A DNA stretch of 64,000 bases from Pyrodictiaceae archaeon (lineage in GTDB: Archaea; Thermoproteota; Thermoprotei_A; Sulfolobales; Pyrodictiaceae), in the NCBI GenBank assembly GCA_027036135.1, contig JALVSY010000007.1:676880-740879 (forward strand), read 5' to 3'. Within the stretch, counting starts at the first letter, position 1; each line of letters opens with the position of its first letter. The position numbers were made by a program, and so were the translations under genes. Of this stretch, positions 10,039 to 19,435 are shown one piece after another. Below the pieces are notes generated by a model that saw nothing but the letters and a program-made list of their open reading frames with translations, ran no database searches and had not been told where the DNA came from.

Positions 10039-10653
10039 GTGGAGCCCAGTATTTTTCTCATACCAGTCAAGGAACTCCTCGCCCACGAGGAGGCTAGGCA
10101 TAGCCGCGTACTCCGAGTAGCTAGGAGCATAAAACGCCTAGGCAGGGTAATGAGGCCCATAATCGTTGAGGAGCGCTCGTTAACGATAATAGATGGGCAC
10201 CACAGATACAACGCATTAAGACTACTAGGAGCCCGGTACGCCCCCGTGGTAATGGCTCGCTACGGAGCCGAGATAGCCGGGATCAAGCCCCCGATCAGAG
10301 TCATAAGGGTTAGGGCGGCATCGCCCCTAGACGCTCTGAGCACGGTAGAGAAGCATATCCAAGCGGTGGCTCCTAGGGGCCCGGGGAGACTAGTCCTCAG
10401 AGTCGGTAGGGACACTATTGTTCTTAGGAGGGACCTAGAGCAACTACACCGGGCAATAGGCCTTCTCGAGAAAAAGACCCTAGGCAAACACGGGAAAGTG
10501 CACCGCGTTATCGCGCTGCCGGATCCCCTAGAGCCGAGACTCGTTCTCAGAGCCGCGGAGAGGGGAGAGCCGTACCCGGAGAAAACGAGTATCCATGTCA
10601 CCGAGTTGAAGAAGCTAGTGGCTCCAAGAAGGCTCCAGAAATTACTGGGCTAG
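10039..10653 (+). CDS. ParB/Srx-domain protein, SerK/SbnI-like free serine kinase candidate
   Basis: HEE, PIIV..IIDGHHRYNAL..LG, C-terminal AERGEPYPEKTSIH. Confidence 0.65.
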   Translation: MEPSIFLIPVKELLAHEEARHSRVLRVARSIKRLGRVMRPIIVEERSLTIIDGHHRYNALRLLGARYAPVVMARYGAEIAGIKPPIRVIRVRAASPLDALSTVEKHIQAVAPRGPGRLVLRVGRDTIVLRRDLEQLHRAIGLLEKKTLGKHGKVHRVIALPDPLEPRLVLRAAERGEPYPEKTSIHVTELKKLVAPRRLQKLLG

Positions 10654-10674
10654 TCTTCTCCTCTTCTATCCTGC

Positions 10675-11151
10675 CTAGTTTTTCTCCACACAGCTTATTA
10701 TTGACTCCGTGACGCCTGCTACTATCTTGTTCACGAACTCATCAACGTTTATGAAGCGTGAGAGCAATTGTAATGCCTTGCCCAGCTCTACCTCTGCTCT
10801 CCATTTCACTCTTGTCTTGTTGGGTTCTTCCTCTTCTAGGTTGAGATGTATGACTCCGCTGTATCTCGCTCTTGCGATGCTGCCCTCGAACAAGTAGTCT
10901 ATGTTGTTCTCGTCTATCTCCCTTATCTCTATGTTTGCCTTAGCTGTCAGCCTAGAAAGGTACTCCACGACACCGCCTACGTCTACGCGGAAGGTGGCTG
11001 TGAATCCCTTTTCCCTTGGCTCCCAGGAGACTAGGTAGGGTAGGCACTTGGCCACCTTGCCTGGGTTAGTCAGTGTATCGCGGACAGTGCTCAGCGGCTT
11101 GTTTATCACGAGCCCTCCGCTAAGCTCCATGGCCATTCCTTGCCGCCCCAC
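10675..11151 (-). CDS. CoxG/SRPBCC-family protein
   Basis: LTNPGKVAKCLP, TRVKWRAEV; size; follows glpA. Confidence 0.8.
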   Translation of the reverse strand: MGRQGMAMELSGGLVINKPLSTVRDTLTNPGKVAKCLPYLVSWEPREKGFTATFRVDVGGVVEYLSRLTAKANIEIREIDENNIDYLFEGSIARARYSGVIHLNLEEEEPNKTRVKWRAEVELGKALQLLSRFINVDEFVNKIVAGVTESIISCVEKN

Positions 11152-11165
11152 TGGCTCTGTTGTGG

Positions 11166-12509
11166 TTAGAGGAGGCCTAGTTTCTTCCTACTATGAGCTG
11201 ATACCAGGTAGTGTATAGCGGTATAGGCTGCTGTTCTCCCCCTCTCCTCGTCCATGCTACCCGCTAGCCCCTTAATGGTCTCCTGGAACAGGTCTTGGCC
11301 CAGGCTTCTTAGCTCTCGCAGCTCCTGGTAGGGGTCTTGGCCTGCTAGCGGGGTCTCAGCGGTCTTCGAGGCCTTTTTCACGCCCAGGAACCCTGCTACC
11401 TCGTCTCCCAGTTTCTCCGCGACTAGCCGGGCCGTGGTGAACTTGCCGCCGAGGACCGTAAAGAACCCCCTTGGCTCTGGGTGGACTATCACCTGGAAGC
11501 TCCTTGTCGCCTCCCTCCCAGCCTTCTCCGTCTCCTTGCCCATCTTTATGAGGGGGCGTATACTTGTATATGCCCGGAGCACGGGGAGGCTCGCTATCCG
11601 TGGAAGCATCGCCGCTGCCTCCCTTGTTAGGAACTCTATCTCCTCCTCCATGGGCTCAACGTGGTCAAGGTCCTCCACGAGGAACGCCGTGGTACCAGCA
11701 ATCGAGTAGGCCTCATAGGGCACCACTATGTCGCCGTCCGATGGAGGCCTCATCCTGTTAACAACTCTCCGGGTAAGCCTACGGGCATAGACAACCATTG
11801 TCCCAGCGGTGGGCATTACCTCTGCCTCCACCCCTGCCCGCTTAGCGACCTCCCCGGCCCACGGCCCAGCAGCATTAACAACAGCCCTCGCGCTGAGCTC
11901 TAGGGGCTCTCCTCTCAGCTTGTCAAGCACCCTCACTACTAGGCCTTCGCTGCCGCGCCGGATCTCTAGGGCCTCTAGGTGCTCTAGGATGAGCGCGCCG
12001 TGATTAAAGGCTGTTAGGGCGACGCTCACAACCATGTCCTTGCCATAGACCACCTTGTCCGGGACCTCTACAACAATGCGCGCATCCCGGCTCAGCTCGG
12101 GCTCCTCACGCCGAGCCTCCTGCGGGGGAACCTCCTTGAAAGGTATCCCGTTTCTCCTCAAGCCCTCTACGAACTCGTCGTAGTACTCCTCGTCCTCCCG
12201 CGTAACCGCTACGAAGTAGCCACCAGTGTCCTCTATCACGTGGCTAGCTATGCGCGACAACACCTTGTTCTCAGCGATGCACTCTCTCGCCGACACGGGG
12301 TCGCGCACAGCATAGCGAGCACCACTATGGAGAAGGCCGTGGAACTTACCACTAGTCTCGCCACCGATAACGCTACGCTCAACAAGGGCTACGCTGAGAC
12401 CACGCATAGAGAGATCAAGAGCAGCCCAGAGACCAACAATCCCGCCACCAATAACAACGATGTCGAAATCGTAGCGACCCAAGACCCAAGACACCGAGAA
12501 AACAATCAT
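11166..12509 (-). CDS. glpA: FAD-dependent glycerol-3-phosphate dehydrogenase (GlpA-type)
   Basis: GGGIVG, HGLLHSGARYAV, VNAAGPWA, RPPSDGDI, GGKFTTAR; likely start TTG 12482. Confidence 0.88.
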   Translation of the reverse strand: MIVFSVSWVLGRYDFDIVVIGGGIVGLWAALDLSMRGLSVALVERSVIGGETSGKFHGLLHSGARYAVRDPVSARECIAENKVLSRIASHVIEDTGGYFVAVTREDEEYYDEFVEGLRRNGIPFKEVPPQEARREEPELSRDARIVVEVPDKVVYGKDMVVSVALTAFNHGALILEHLEALEIRRGSEGLVVRVLDKLRGEPLELSARAVVNAAGPWAGEVAKRAGVEAEVMPTAGTMVVYARRLTRRVVNRMRPPSDGDIVVPYEAYSIAGTTAFLVEDLDHVEPMEEEIEFLTREAAAMLPRIASLPVLRAYTSIRPLIKMGKETEKAGREATRSFQVIVHPEPRGFFTVLGGKFTTARLVAEKLGDEVAGFLGVKKASKTAETPLAGQDPYQELRELRSLGQDLFQETIKGLAGSMDEERGRTAAYTAIHYLVSAHSRKKLGLL

Positions 12510-12569
12510 TACCAGAAGGCTTGGTTAAGAATGCTGGCCCGGTCAAGTACCACGGCAACACATAGATCC

Positions 12570-13727
12570 CTAGGTACATAGCCTAGGACTCTTAACCGAC
12601 GAGACATAGGCTTCTCGTAGCCTCTTCTTAGCCTCAGCTAGCCTCGGGTGCCAAACATGGTCTAGGACGGTTCCACAAGCATCCATTATCATCATATGAT
12701 TAGCGACAGAAGCCGCTACTCCCCCGAGCACGCCGTCAACTACTAGGGCGTAGCCATGTGCTGCGTGCTTCGTCTCCCGAGCACCCTCGAGGGGCTCCAG
12801 TACATCAACTCTTATAGAGCCGGGGAGGCGCGAGGCCAAGTCATCTACTAGCTGTTTCATCCTCGTTAATCGCCCCGAGAGAACTAGGTGACTTATCCCC
12901 GTACGGACATGTATCCCAGCTATAATACTTGCTATACTCTCCATCATCGATTCATAGGCCTCTTTGCAGCCGCCCCGGCCCCGCTTAGCCCCCTCAACAG
13001 CCTCCTTGGGTTCAAGAGTCCCACAAGCCTCCATTACGCCTCCGTGGAAGACATCGCTTCTGTCCCAGCTACGCCCCATAACGACAACCTCTAGGTCAAG
13101 AGGCCCTGCCGTCAACATTCCTGTTGAGAGACTAGTACCGCCTAGGCCCCACGTTATTCTCCCCTTCTCCACAACCATCAGCGCATTATAGCCATAACCC
13201 ATCTCGAGAACCATCATGTTCGCTTTCCCGGGCTCCCTGCCATAGTACTGGTAAATAGCGAGAAGAGTCACAGCAAGCTTATCAGCGGTGCCAAGGTCTA
13301 CACGGTTATACTTCGCACCGGGCCTAAGAGTAGGTAGATGAATCACGCCGGGGATGAATACCGTTCGCGTCTCTCTATCCCTACAAAGCTCTACAACAGC
13401 CTCAGCAAGAGCCTTATACACCATGATACCAGGATCTCTTCTACGCACCCCCTCCTCGATGTCCTCCGGCCTAGACAATAAGAGAACCTCTACACCGAAA
13501 CGCCAAGGATCAATAACCTCATGAGAGAGCGTCACGGGGACACCATAGCCTGAAGGCCCTGCGACAGCATCGACTCTTCCAGCCTCGCGTATAGCCCTCA
13601 TCAAGGACTCCGGCTCCTGGGCAACCCTGCTAGTCTCAATACTATGCTCCCAAACCACGCGTCCATCCTCGACAACGACTAAGTCAAAGCTCCTAGTACC
13701 CGGATCTATGCCGAGAACCCTAACCAT
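12570..13727 (-). CDS. DUF1464-family ASKHA-fold (butyrate-kinase-related) protein
   Basis: GIDPGTRSFD, GPSGYG, PGVIHLPT, DLGTADK, EMGYGY. Confidence 0.82.
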   Translation of the reverse strand: MVRVLGIDPGTRSFDLVVVEDGRVVWEHSIETSRVAQEPESLMRAIREAGRVDAVAGPSGYGVPVTLSHEVIDPWRFGVEVLLLSRPEDIEEGVRRRDPGIMVYKALAEAVVELCRDRETRTVFIPGVIHLPTLRPGAKYNRVDLGTADKLAVTLLAIYQYYGREPGKANMMVLEMGYGYNALMVVEKGRITWGLGGTSLSTGMLTAGPLDLEVVVMGRSWDRSDVFHGGVMEACGTLEPKEAVEGAKRGRGGCKEAYESMMESIASIIAGIHVRTGISHLVLSGRLTRMKQLVDDLASRLPGSIRVDVLEPLEGARETKHAAHGYALVVDGVLGGVAASVANHMMIMDACGTVLDHVWHPRLAEAKKRLREAYVSSVKSPRLCT

Positions 13728-13808
13728 ACGTCTCCGCCTCTTGGTTGTATTTGCTTTCTCGGCGCCTAGACTAGTAGTAAAGCCCGGTTATGAGTTCCGC
13801 GACCAGTA

Positions 13809-14699
13809 CTATCCATTATAGTGCTTCTCTAGTTCCTCGTAGAGCTTCGTCCTCCACCTCGCTACTCCGAGGCGGCCATAGACATAGGCCATGGTCTGTA
13901 CGAGGCCAGCTGCTGCCCCGAATTCCTCGACGAGTACCCCGGAGAGGCAGCTTGTTCGGAGCGGGCACTCGGGGCAAGCCACGTATCTTAGACAAGTACT
14001 CTTGCTAGGTACACGTACGTTCTGCAAACCTAGCATCTCTGTAGCGAAGCGAGCCAAGTGGGTATCACATGGGGCTACGCGCGTTGTTAGCCCGGTGAAG
14101 AGGAGTATAGCGTCAGCTGTCTTTGGGCCAATGCCTGGTAGCTCTAGTAGCTTCTTTCTCGCCAGCCACGGGTCCCTTTCCTCGAGGACTATGTTGGCGA
14201 GCCGTGGCAGCACTTTGGCTAGGTGCCTTGGCTGTGGACTAGGAGGCTCCGCTGCACGGGCTGCGGCTTCGGCAAGGGAGCCGGGGTCTATGCTCTCTAT
14301 TCCTGCGAATATTTTCCTCATCCAGCGCCGGACATTTATCGCGTATCTAGTGCGCCTAGAGAGCACAACGGAGGCGGCTACAAGCACTTTATCAACTGGC
14401 TCAAGAGCCGTGGAGACTACTAGGCCTCGGTAGCGCCCAGCTATCCAGTGGCCCCGTAGGCCCTCTTGGCACTCCTCGAGGCACCATTCTCCGGAGACTC
14501 CTTTGAGGAGGACACGGCTACAGGCTAGGCCTTTGCAGCATAGCCTAGAATCATTCATGTACAACACGGTGCCGGCGCCTGGGCCGAGCACCTTGACCCA
14601 GTGCTGCCGGGCCTCGTAGCGGTAAAGGGATGAGAGGAAACTCGGGTACATTGAGAGATCTAGGTCTAGCCACGGGGCCTCGATGCACTCCACGGCCAA
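13809..14699 (-). CDS. HhH-GPD DNA glycosylase-like protein with FeS loop
   Basis: LLELPGIGPKTAD, PCDTH, CxxxxxCxxCxxxxxC. Confidence 0.8.
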   Translation of the reverse strand: MAVECIEAPWLDLDLSMYPSFLSSLYRYEARQHWVKVLGPGAGTVLYMNDSRLCCKGLACSRVLLKGVSGEWCLEECQEGLRGHWIAGRYRGLVVSTALEPVDKVLVAASVVLSRRTRYAINVRRWMRKIFAGIESIDPGSLAEAAARAAEPPSPQPRHLAKVLPRLANIVLEERDPWLARKKLLELPGIGPKTADAILLFTGLTTRVAPCDTHLARFATEMLGLQNVRVPSKSTCLRYVACPECPLRTSCLSGVLVEEFGAAAGLVQTMAYVYGRLGVARWRTKLYEELEKHYNG

Positions 14700-14722
14700 G
14701 CCCCGGGGGCGCCACGGCTTCT

Positions 14723-15511
14723 CTATATTAGCTCTCTTGGTATCTCTCCTGGACGGTAAGCTATTCTTGGCCGTAGCCCTGTCCTACGCAATAGTTCCTC
14801 GACGTGGCGGTAGAGGAATACGTACTCGGGGTCGATGCTTGATGCGAGCCGGGGATGGATACTGGCTAGTAGCTTCTTTATCCTCTTGTACCCCTTTTCG
14901 TCACTGAAACTAAGCATTACTGCTGGATAAACCTCTTCTCCTGGCTCTAGGCCGTAGCGGACAAGGCTCTCTAGCGCTCTTAGCTGGAGCCACCACGCCT
15001 CAGGCCTCGCCCTCGTTAGTTTCCAGAACTCCTCCGGGCTCGTGCCCTTGATCGATACCCTCACCTCGATGCCTGCTCCATGGAAGCTCGCTAAGCGCCT
15101 AGCATAGTCCTCCCGGGCACCTATGAGAATACCGTTGGTCTCTAGGATGAAGTGCAACCCGTAGCTAGTGACACGCTCAATTACTCTTACTAGGTGCTCG
15201 AACCCTATTGTCGGCTCACCACCAGATAACCTGGCCTGCTTAACCCTCGCCTTCTTCGCCAAGGCGAGCAGCTTACTAGCAGCCTCCTCTGCCGATAAGA
15301 GCCTTCCTTGCTCGTACCCGGTCCACGTAAAGCGCCAAGCCCAGCAAAAACCGCAGCGCAGATTACAGCCAACAACATCGCCAGTAACTATGCCGCCGTA
15401 CCAGCGGTCTCGGCGGAACCTGTAGTAGCGCCTAAGCAGCTCGCCACCCCTACGCGTAGTTACCTGCTTCTCAACGATCTCTGAGAGTTTTATGGGGTCG
15501 TAACCGGGCAT
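14723..15511 (-). CDS. Radical SAM protein
   Basis: CNLRCGFC, SGGEPT, LETNG. Confidence 0.88.
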   Translation of the reverse strand: MPGYDPIKLSEIVEKQVTTRRGGELLRRYYRFRRDRWYGGIVTGDVVGCNLRCGFCWAWRFTWTGYEQGRLLSAEEAASKLLALAKKARVKQARLSGGEPTIGFEHLVRVIERVTSYGLHFILETNGILIGAREDYARRLASFHGAGIEVRVSIKGTSPEEFWKLTRARPEAWWLQLRALESLVRYGLEPGEEVYPAVMLSFSDEKGYKRIKKLLASIHPRLASSIDPEYVFLYRHVEELLRRTGLRPRIAYRPGEIPRELI

Positions 15512-15582
15512 TTCTTTCTTCAGCCCCTGTTATCCAGAGAACTAGAGTGCTCCGCGAAAACCCGTAAATACTCCAACCCCTG

Positions 15583-15610
15583 GTGCACCACTTTACGGAT
15601 ACTGGTGCAC
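15583..15610. promoter_or_regulatory. Candidate NikR-type operator GTGCAC-N16-GTGCAC
   Basis: Half-sites 15583-15588 and 15605-15610 between TATA-like GTAAATA and the cbiM RBS. Confidence 0.55.
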
Positions 15611-15629
15611 AAGAGGAGGTCAAGGAACC

Positions 15630-16298
15630 GTGCACATACCAGATGGCTACCCCAGCCCAGCATAGTGCATAGCACTCTACATAGTAACCATAGCCTACGG
15701 CATCGTGGCCTGGAAGAAAGCCAAGAAGATAATCAATAGCGAAACCATAACAGCGCTATCAGTACTAGCAGCTGGCATCTTCGTAGCAATGATGTTCAAC
15801 TGGCCAATACCCGGCGGCACATCACTGCACTTCGTAGGAGGGGCTCTATCTGGCATAATCATTGGCCCATGGCTAGCATTCTTCGTCTACGTAATGGTGT
15901 TGACGACTCAAGCGATAGTGTTCCACGATGGAGGCATAACAACGCTTGGAGCAAACATCTTCAACATGGGAATAGTGGATGTAGTAGTCGGGTACGCAAT
16001 ATACAAGCTAGTAACAAGAGCCATGGGGAACACGAGAAGGGCTAGAATAATAGGAGCGTTCCTAGGGGGTTGGCTAGGCCTAGCAGTAGCTGGCACAATG
16101 GCTGGTATAGAGATAGGGCTCAGCCCTTCATTCCCCTACGGCATAAAGATAACAGTGCCAGCTATGGCCATATGGCATACACTACTCGGAGTCATAGAGG
16201 GAATAATAACGGCATTCGTCATCGACTATCTCTATGAGAGGAAGAGCCCGCTAATAGAGATAGCCATGAAAGTTGCACCCCTAGCTCAAAACACATAA
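15630..16298 (+). pseudogene. cbiM: Co/Ni ECF substrate component CbiM/NikM with in-frame TAG at codon 12
   Basis: GTG 15630 after GAGGAGGT: MHIPDGYPSPA*CIAL...; GGTSLH, HDGGITTLGAN, HTLLGVIEG; TAG 15663-15665. Confidence 0.85.
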
Positions 16299-16328
16299 AT
16301 ACGCTACGTAGAGGAGGTGGGGCCGTGT

Positions 16329-16616
16329 ATGTCGCTCTTCGAGAGATACAAGAACACTATAAAGATTCTAACCATACTAATAATTATTAGCCCCTTATTC
16401 GGCATAGTCTTGGCGGAGAAAGTGAACTACCATGAACCCGTTGACGTTGTTGCAGAGAAGCTTCATCTACACGAACTAGACATATACCATACACCTTTCG
16501 ATAACTATGAGGTACCGGGCTTGCCGCCAACCATAGGCTACATCGTGGCAGGCTTCATAGGGATTGGCGTAATACTTGGAGTAGGAGCCCTCTTAGCAAA
16601 GAGACTGAGCAAATGA
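16329..16616 (+). CDS. CbiN/NikN-like (PDGLE-type) ECF accessory subunit
   Basis: Two TM segments around HEPVDVVAE..PFDNYEVPG; operon position. Confidence 0.72.
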   Translation: MSLFERYKNTIKILTILIIISPLFGIVLAEKVNYHEPVDVVAEKLHLHELDIYHTPFDNYEVPGLPPTIGYIVAGFIGIGVILGVGALLAKRLSK

Positions 16617-17384
16617 CCCTACTCGATAAAGCGGCGAGGAAGTTCGTAGAAGAGGTAAGCGACTCGCTAACGGCACTATCATCTACTAGGACCGAGCCCC
16701 CACCATTACCTGTTCTTTTTACCCCAATGCTCCTCGTATCAATTCTTATTCTTTCACGGCCAGCAGTGAACACGTGCATCCTCCTCGCCGCCGCCACCTC
16801 GTCGGTACCGCTTCTCGTAGCCTTGATGAGGCATAGGGAGGAGTACTATCACCGCTCTCTAGCGAAAACCGGGGTAATGATTGCCGCGTTCTCCACTATA
16901 GTAGCTGCACCACTACTAGTAACTAGTCCGGGGAGCCTTTACCGGCTTCATCGAGCGCATATCCGTGCTAACGCTAGAGCTTATAGCAGTAACCAGGGTA
17001 ATTGGGTAGCCAGCACTACTAGCCTCCCTGGAGTGCATAGGTGTCCCAAGCGAGCTAGTCCAAGCAATAGAGTTAATGACTAGGCTCATCCCGCTCCTAT
17101 CGCTTGACGCGCTACGCTTCATAGAGGCTAGGCGTGCCCGGAGCCTAGGAGAACAAGGAGCGAGAAAGACGTGGCATGTACTAGCTACTGCCCTCTCAGT
17201 CCTCCTCGAGAAGAGCTATGAGCGAGGGCATCGTCTCTCCCTCGCGATAAGGGCTAGGCGGTTAGGCGCACAGAGCCCTACGAGGAATAGGCGTTGCTTA
17301 TCCGGAGGGAGCTTTCTCGGGGCCCTAGCCTATCTGCCATTGATAAGCACTATTGTCTCCTACGTGGTGGCCCGCTTTGCCTAG
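16613..17384 (+). pseudogene. cbiQ: ECF transmembrane T component CbiQ, frameshifted near 16938 with in-frame TAG at 17007
   Basis: Split over two ORFs; second frame TGFIERISV...VIG*PALL...; ARRAR and AIRAR T-component motifs. Confidence 0.75.
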
Positions 17385-18174
17385 CTTGGAGGCGCGTAGT
17401 ATCTGGTTTCGTTACTCTAGGGTAGATGGTTACGTGCTAAGGGGAGCCGAGCTATATGCATCACCGGGCGATGCAGTAGCTATAGTGGGCCCAATGGGCT
17501 CGGGTAAAACCACGCTATTAATGATACTTGCTGGGCTCCTTAACCCGGAGAAAGGCGTCGTAAGGCTCGGCGACACAGTAGTAACGGGAGGCGGGCCCGG
17601 GGCTAGGCAGATGGTGGGAATAGTATTCCAAGACCCCGACGAGCAGCTCTTCAACCCCACGGTTTACGACGAGTTGGCATACGCGCTACGGACAATGGGG
17701 CTAGGGGAGGACGAGATAAGGGAGAGGGTAAGAATGGTGGCTGAGAGCCTTGGTATTAAGGACCTGCTAGGGAGACCTCCTCACCGGCTTAGCTATGGCC
17801 AGAAGAAACTGGTCGCGCTAGCGTCGGTTCTTGTTTATGAGCCGTACCTATTGCTGCTTGATGAACCAACAACAAACCTTGACAAAGAGTCTTTCGAGAA
17901 GGTTCTCGGACTTATAAACAAGTACCGGAACGAGAACAGAATAGTAGTGATAACCACCCATGACATCGATACAGTCATCCGTGCCTCCACGAAGCTATGC
18001 GTGCTAAGTAACGGTGTACTTGAGTGCAGTAATACCTGGGAAGTACTTGGGAAGGGACTAGATGCTCTCCCAGTGCCAGTGCCTATCAGCCTAGAGGTAC
18101 TTCTTCAGAGAGAAGGCAGCTGGGAGAAAGTAGCAGTAATGCTTCGCCGCATCATAGAGGGCCAAAGCTATTGA
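17377..18174 (+). CDS. cbiO: ECF transporter ATPase CbiO
   Basis: GPMGSGKTT, VFQDPDEQLF, LSYGQKK, LLDEPT; TTG 17377. Confidence 0.88.
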   Translation: MPSLEARSIWFRYSRVDGYVLRGAELYASPGDAVAIVGPMGSGKTTLLMILAGLLNPEKGVVRLGDTVVTGGGPGARQMVGIVFQDPDEQLFNPTVYDELAYALRTMGLGEDEIRERVRMVAESLGIKDLLGRPPHRLSYGQKKLVALASVLVYEPYLLLLDEPTTNLDKESFEKVLGLINKYRNENRIVVITTHDIDTVIRASTKLCVLSNGVLECSNTWEVLGKGLDALPVPVPISLEVLLQREGSWEKVAVMLRRIIEGQSY

Positions 18175-18206
18175 AAGCCTAGGAACCGGTATACTCATTC
18201 CGGAGA

Positions 18207-18290
18207 AGCCGGGGAATGAAGACCGGGCTACCAGCCCGACAGAGGCCCCCAGTCCCTGATGGGGATGCAACCTCGGGGGCGACCCCGGCT
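18207..18290 (+). ncRNA. Candidate K-turn / box C/D-like structured RNA
   Basis: Terminal stem AGCCGGGG/CCCCGGCT, C-like ATGAAGA, internal CCGA and CTGA boxes, GC hairpins, T-rich tail. Confidence 0.5.
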
Positions 18291-18426
18291 CGCTTTCTCT
18301 TTCTGTTCCCGAGGGTTGTCTCGGGGATAGCTTAATTAGGGCCTTGTAGGGGCTTGGCTATTTTAGCACGTGGTAAAGAGGCTAGGAAAGGAAGGAGCAG
18401 TGACGTGGCGTAGTGGTGCTGTTGCC

Positions 18427-18771
18427 TTGGGGTTCCTTGTGAAGGCTTGTACGGAGTTCTCGGCTGCACACAGGATAGCTGGTCATCCCCGTTGTGGGAG
18501 GATCCATGGCCATAATTACCGTGTGTGTATCTGGCTTCGCGAGGACAAGCCAATGGGTATTGATCTCGATGACTTGGAGAAGTGGCTCCGCGTCAATGTG
18601 TTCGAGAAACTGGATCACAGGTTCCTTAACGAGGTTTTTGGGAAAGACACTGTTACTAGCGAGGACCTGGCTCTCTTCATCGCGGGCGAGCTAGAGAAGA
18701 GTTATGGGGGTAGGGTTGAGCGTGTCGAGGTCTGTGAGACAAGCAACCTCTGTGTCGAGTACACCAAGTAG
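18427..18771 (+). CDS. queD: 6-carboxy-5,6,7,8-tetrahydropterin synthase
   Basis: FSAAH, CGRIHGHNY, LDHRFLNE, TSE, VCET. Confidence 0.9.
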   Translation: MGFLVKACTEFSAAHRIAGHPRCGRIHGHNYRVCIWLREDKPMGIDLDDLEKWLRVNVFEKLDHRFLNEVFGKDTVTSEDLALFIAGELEKSYGGRVERVEVCETSNLCVEYTK

Positions 18772-19435
18772 CCTACGAGTAGTTGAGACGTTTGTCAGTA
18801 TTCAGGGCGAGGGCCCGTTCTGTTGCCGGCGTAGCCTCTTCATAAGACTGTCTGGGTGTAATCTTCGGTGCCCCTTCTGCGATACCAAGTACTCGTGGAG
18901 CGCCGAGAATGCACGGGAGATGAGCATCGAGGAGCTAGTAGTGCTCACCGGGAAGACCAATCCCTCGCTAGTAGTCGTTACTGGTGGCGAGCCGTTGCTG
19001 CAGAGAGCAGCATTGGAGGAGCTTGTCCGGATGCTCTACCGCCTCGGCTACGTCGTCCAGGTAGAGACTAATGGTACTCTTGAGGCCCCGGAGCCGGGGT
19101 CCCCTCTCTCCCAGGCATTCTTCGTCGTATCCCCAAAGGATGTCCCGGTGAAGGTCCCCGGGGCTAAGACTCATTGGTCGTGGTTCGACCTAGCCCGGCG
19201 CTATGGGCATGTCTGGTTCAAGTTCCTCGCCGCTACCCGGGAGCACGTAGAGGAGATAATGAGGTACGTGGAGGAGAACGGTATACCGCGTAGACTAGTC
19301 TACCTAATGCCCCTGACAGAGGAGGGTATGAGCCCAGAGCAAGTACTTGAGCTGCACAAGAGGGTAGCGAGAGAGGCACTGGAGCACGGCGTGAACTTTA
19401 GCCCAAGGATGCACCTCCTACTCGGGTTGAAGTAG
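18752..19435 (+). CDS. queE: 7-carboxy-7-deazaguanine synthase (radical SAM)
   Basis: ETFVSIQGEG, CNLRCPFCDTKY, TGGEPLLQ, ETNGT, SPK, SPRMH. Confidence 0.92.
   Translation: MSSTPSSLRVVETFVSIQGEGPFCCRRSLFIRLSGCNLRCPFCDTKYSWSAENAREMSIEELVVLTGKTNPSLVVVTGGEPLLQRAALEELVRMLYRLGYVVQVETNGTLEAPEPGSPLSQAFFVVSPKDVPVKVPGAKTHWSWFDLARRYGHVWFKFLAATREHVEEIMRYVEENGIPRRLVYLMPLTEEGMSPEQVLELHKRVAREALEHGVNFSPRMHLLLGLK

Noticed and set aside
15663-17009. Pyrrolysine or amber readthrough in cbiM and cbiQ
   Set aside because: TAG is the normal stop for many genes here, no pyl genes are seen, and cbiQ also has a frameshift; decay is simpler
18427-19435. queD-queE as a DNA 7-deazaguanine (dpd) modification island
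   Set aside because: No dpdA/tgt-like or defence genes adjacent; archaeosine tRNA synthesis is the standard explanation
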